Assembly: GCF_024298765.1 (NCBI RefSeq)
Contig: NZ_CP101210.1
Direction: 5' to 3' (one strand)
Origin: Escherichia coli
GTDB lineage: Bacteria; Pseudomonadota; Gammaproteobacteria; Enterobacterales; Enterobacteriaceae
DNA length: 64,000 bases
A program made the position numbers and the translations under genes. Shown in pieces: positions 61,137-64,000 of this stretch. Numbering within the stretch: the first letter of the stretch is position 1; every line of letters starts with the position of its first letter. The notes below the pieces were generated by a model, which saw nothing but the letters and a program-made list of their open reading frames with translations, searched no databases and was not told the DNA's origin.

Positions 61137-61538
61137 TTAGTGTGAATATTCTTCTGTAATTTCAGCCAGATCCAATGCGTTATCTACCAGCGAGGTTATC
61201 TCAAGCAGGATATCTTCAAGAGAAGATTTAAGCGATAACGCACCGAAAACAATGTAATACTCTTCCTGTTGCACGCTGGAGATCCCTACCGATGACAATG
61301 GCATCATCTTCTGATTTCTTAATAAGAAGGTATTAAATTCATCTGTATTGCTGATACAACTTACCGGACAAATAAAGGTTTCGATAATCATTTGGCGGGA
61401 AGTAAATAGAATATTGATTTGCAAATCGCCATAATCATTCATTTTAATAATTAATGCGTTCTCGCTATTTGTTACATCAATATTTTGTTCAGGTACAGTT
61501 TGCAGCGCCGTCGCCAGCGCCAACGGATTCCATGTCAT
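61137..61538 (-). CDS. yjfI: DUF2170 protein YjfI
   Basis: 133 aa; first gene of the cluster. Confidence 0.88.
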   Translation of the reverse strand: MTWNPLALATALQTVPEQNIDVTNSENALIIKMNDYGDLQINILFTSRQMIIETFICPVSCISNTDEFNTFLLRNQKMMPLSSVGISSVQQEEYYIVFGALSLKSSLEDILLEITSLVDNALDLAEITEEYSH

Positions 61539-61618
61539 ATATTATTCCATATAAATTAAGTTTAAATATTAATAAAATGAATATTTGCAGTACGTAATTA
61601 TCTTACCAGCTATAGACA

Positions 61619-61649
61619 AAAAAAAACCATCCAAATCTGGATGGCTTTT
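61619..61649 (-). terminator. Rho-independent terminator downstream of rlmB (bidirectional in appearance)
   Basis: A8 - CCATCCA-AATC-TGGATGG - CTTTT. Confidence 0.7.
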
Positions 61650-61664
61650 CATAATTCAGAGGAA

Positions 61665-62396
61665 CTAGCTGCGCTGACGAACCGCTTCAAATAAGCAAAT
61701 TCCGGTTGCAACCGAAACGTTCAGGGAAGAAACACTTCCTGCCATTGGGATGCTGATCAACTCATCGCAATGTTCACGGGTCAGGCGACGCATACCTTCA
61801 CCTTCCGCGCCCATCACCAGCGCCAGGCGTCCGGTCATTTTGCTCTGATAGAGTGTATGATCCGCCTCGCCTGCCGTACCGACGATCCAGATATTCTCTT
61901 CCTGCAACATACGCATGGTGCGCGCCAGATTAGTCACCCGAATCAGCGGAACGCTTTCTGCCGCACCACAGGCCACTTTTTTCGCCGTGGCGTTGAGCTG
62001 TGCGGAGCGATCTTTCGGCACAATCACCGCATGAACACCAGCGGCGTCCGCGCTACGCAGGCACGCGCCGAGGTTGTGCGGATCGGTTACGCCGTCGAGG
62101 ATCAGCAGGAACGGTTGATCGAGCGAAGCGATCAGATCCGGCAGATCGTTTTCCTGATACTGCCGTCCTGGCTTCACACGAGCGATAATGCCCTGATGCA
62201 CGGCACCGTCGCTTTTCTCGTCGAGATATTGGCGGTTTGCCAACTGGATAACCACGCCCTGAGACTCAAGGGCGTGAATCAGCGGTAACAGACGTTTATC
62301 TTCACGGCCTTTTAAAATAAAGACTTCCTGAAAACGTTCAGGGGCGCGCTCCAGCAGGGCCTGCACTGCGTGGATGCCGTAAATCATTTCGCTCAT
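61665..62396 (-). CDS. rlmB: 23S rRNA (guanosine2251-2'-O)-methyltransferase (SpoU/TrmH family)
   Basis: 243 aa ORF immediately downstream of rnr. Confidence 0.93.
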
Positions 62397-62486
62397 TAAT
62401 GTACTCGTTATTTACGTTTTGCCGGGAGCGCCACGCTTGCCCGGCCTACGGATAATTCACCCTCTTCTGTTTGAAGAGGGTAATGA

Positions 62487-64000
62487 TCACTCTGCCACTT
62501 TTTTCTTCGCCGCACGCTTCGCTTTGGTCGCTGCGGCTATTTTCTGCGTTTTCGCCGATGGCTTTTTCGCTTTTCTCGCGTCTTTCTTCGCTGCTTTCGG
62601 CTTCGGTTTTTTCTCGCCGCGGAAGGCGCTGTCTGGCTCAAAGTTGACCTTTTTGCCGACCTGACGCCGCTTGCCGCCTTTTTTGCCTGCATCGCCTTTT
62701 TTCGCTTTCTCGCGCGCCGTTTTACCGACGTTGCGCGGTGCGCGTTCGCTGGAGATCAGGCTAAAGTCGATTTTGCGCTCGTCCATATTAACCGCTTCGA
62801 CGCGAACTTCCACGCGATCGCCCAGGCGATAAGTCTGGCCGCTGGATTCGCCCATCAGGCGTTGCCCCACCTGGTCAAAGCGATAGTAGTCATTGTCCAG
62901 CGAAGAGACATGGACCAGACCATCAATGAACAAGTCATCCAGGCGAACAAAGAAGCCAAAACCAGTGACGCTGGAAATTACGCCTTTAAAGACGTTACCT
63001 ACCTGGTCGAGCATGAAGTCACACTTCAGCCAGTCAGCCACATCGCGCGTTGCTTCGTCGGCACGACGTTCCGCCATCGAACAGTGCTGACCCAGTTGCA
63101 GCATCTCTTCCATCGAATAATGGTAGCCGCCGGTTTCAGTGGTATTCCCCTGATGCCCCTGCTCTTTCGCCAACAGATACTTAATGGCGCGGTGCAGCGT
63201 CAGGTCAGGATAACGACGAATCGGCGAAGTAAAGTGCGCATAGGACTGCAATGCCAGACCGAAGTGACCACGGTTTTCCGGATCGTAAATCGCTTGTTTC
63301 ATCGAGCGCAACAGCATGGTTTGCAGCATTTCTGCGTCAGGACGGTCAGCAACCGATTCCAGCAGTTCCGCGTAGTCACGCGGTTCCGGCTTGTTACCGC
63401 CAGGCAATTCCAGCCCCAGTTCCGCCAGCACTGAACGGAAAGAGGTTATTGCTTCAGTGCTCGGCTTGTCGTGAATACGGAACAGTGCCGGTTCTTTGGC
63501 CTTCTCAACGAAACGCGCCGCCGAGATATTCGCCAGAATCATGCACTCTTCAATTAACTTGTGTGCGTCGTTACGCTGGGTCTGTTCGATACGCTCAATA
63601 CGGCGTTCAGCGTTGAAAATGAACTTCGCTTCTTCGCTCTCAAACGAGATCCCGCCGCGTTCTTCACGGGCTTTATCCAGCACTTTATAGAGGTTATGCA
63701 GCTCTTCGAGGTGCTTAACCAGCGGGGCGTACTGCTCGCGCAGATCCTGATCGCCCTGCAGAATATGCCAGACTTTGGTGTAGGTCAGACGCGCGTGAGA
63801 GCTCATCACCGCTTCATAGAATTTGTAGCCCGTCAGGCGACCTTTCGACGAAATGGTCATCTCACACACCATACACAGGCGGTCTACCTGCGGGTTGAGC
63901 GAGCACAGGCCGTTAGAGAGCACTTCCGGCAGCATCGGGATAACCTGCGAAGGGAAGTACACCGACGTACCACGGTTACGCGCTTCTCTGTCCAGCGGTG
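62487..64000 (-). CDS. rnr: Ribonuclease R, C-terminal part (5' end lies beyond the window)
   Basis: Frame open to window edge; S1 domain and Lys-rich basic tail ([12 protein letters not shown]...[12 protein letters not shown]). Confidence 0.92.
   Translation of the reverse strand, partial: PLDREARNRGTSVYFPSQVIPMLPEVLSNGLCSLNPQVDRLCMVCEMTISSKGRLTGYKFYEAVMSSHARLTYTKVWHILQGDQDLREQYAPLVKHLEELHNLYKVLDKAREERGGISFESEEAKFIFNAERRIERIEQTQRNDAHKLIEECMILANISAARFVEKAKEPALFRIHDKPSTEAITSFRSVLAELGLELPGGNKPEPRDYAELLESVADRPDAEMLQTMLLRSMKQAIYDPENRGHFGLALQSYAHFTSPIRRYPDLTLHRAIKYLLAKEQGHQGNTTETGGYHYSMEEMLQLGQHCSMAERRADEATRDVADWLKCDFMLDQVGNVFKGVISSVTGFGFFVRLDDLFIDGLVHVSSLDNDYYRFDQVGQRLMGESSGQTYRLGDRVEVRVEAVNMDERKIDFSLISSERAPRNVGKTAREKAKKGDAGKKGGKRRQVGKKVNFEPDSAFRGEKKPKPKAAKKDARKAKKPSAKTQKIAAATKAKRAAKKKVAE

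Noticed and set aside
62421-62484. REP-like palindrome and ACCCTCTT...AAGAGGGT hairpin between rlmB and rnr as a terminator
   Set aside because: No T-tract in the orientation needed to terminate rnr, and rlmB is thought to be co-transcribed with rnr; more likely an RNA-processing or REP structure, so not called.

Overview
This window reads as a contiguous Escherichia coli chromosomal segment running from the 3' end of nrdD to the 3' part of rnr, in the opposite orientation to the usual K-12 map. Gene identities come from reading the supplied six-frame translations against remembered E. coli proteins; no database search was run. Most of it is conserved core: nrdDG, cybC, pmbA, yjgA, mpl, fbp, the ytfQRT-yjfF sugar ABC transporter, ppa, ytfP-tamBA, msrA, ytfL/K/J/I, cysQ, cpdB, ytfH/G/F/E, cycA, fklB, ytfB, the rpsF-priB-rpsR-rplI operon, yjfY, the complete ula (L-ascorbate) regulon, yjfP, bsmA, yjfN, aidB, the yjfIJKLMC cluster and rlmB. 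I found no rRNA, tRNA, CRISPR array, IS element or integrase. Three places differ from the K-12 layout as I remember it: (1) a ~2 kb insertion between ytfE and cycA carrying an unrecognised Trp/Tyr-rich 355-373 aa protein and a small signal-peptide protein, which is my best candidate for an undescribed system; (2) a ~10.5 kb accessory block between ytfB and rplI with a TetR regulator, a six-gene putative CoA-dependent catabolic operon and a HipB/HipA-like toxin-antitoxin pair; (3) no chpSB between ppa and ytfP. Two genes (the hipA-like kinase and ytfI) each appear broken by a single-base deletion in an A/T run, which could be genuine pseudogenisation or homopolymer sequencing error. REP/BIME palindromes and several hairpin terminators are also marked.
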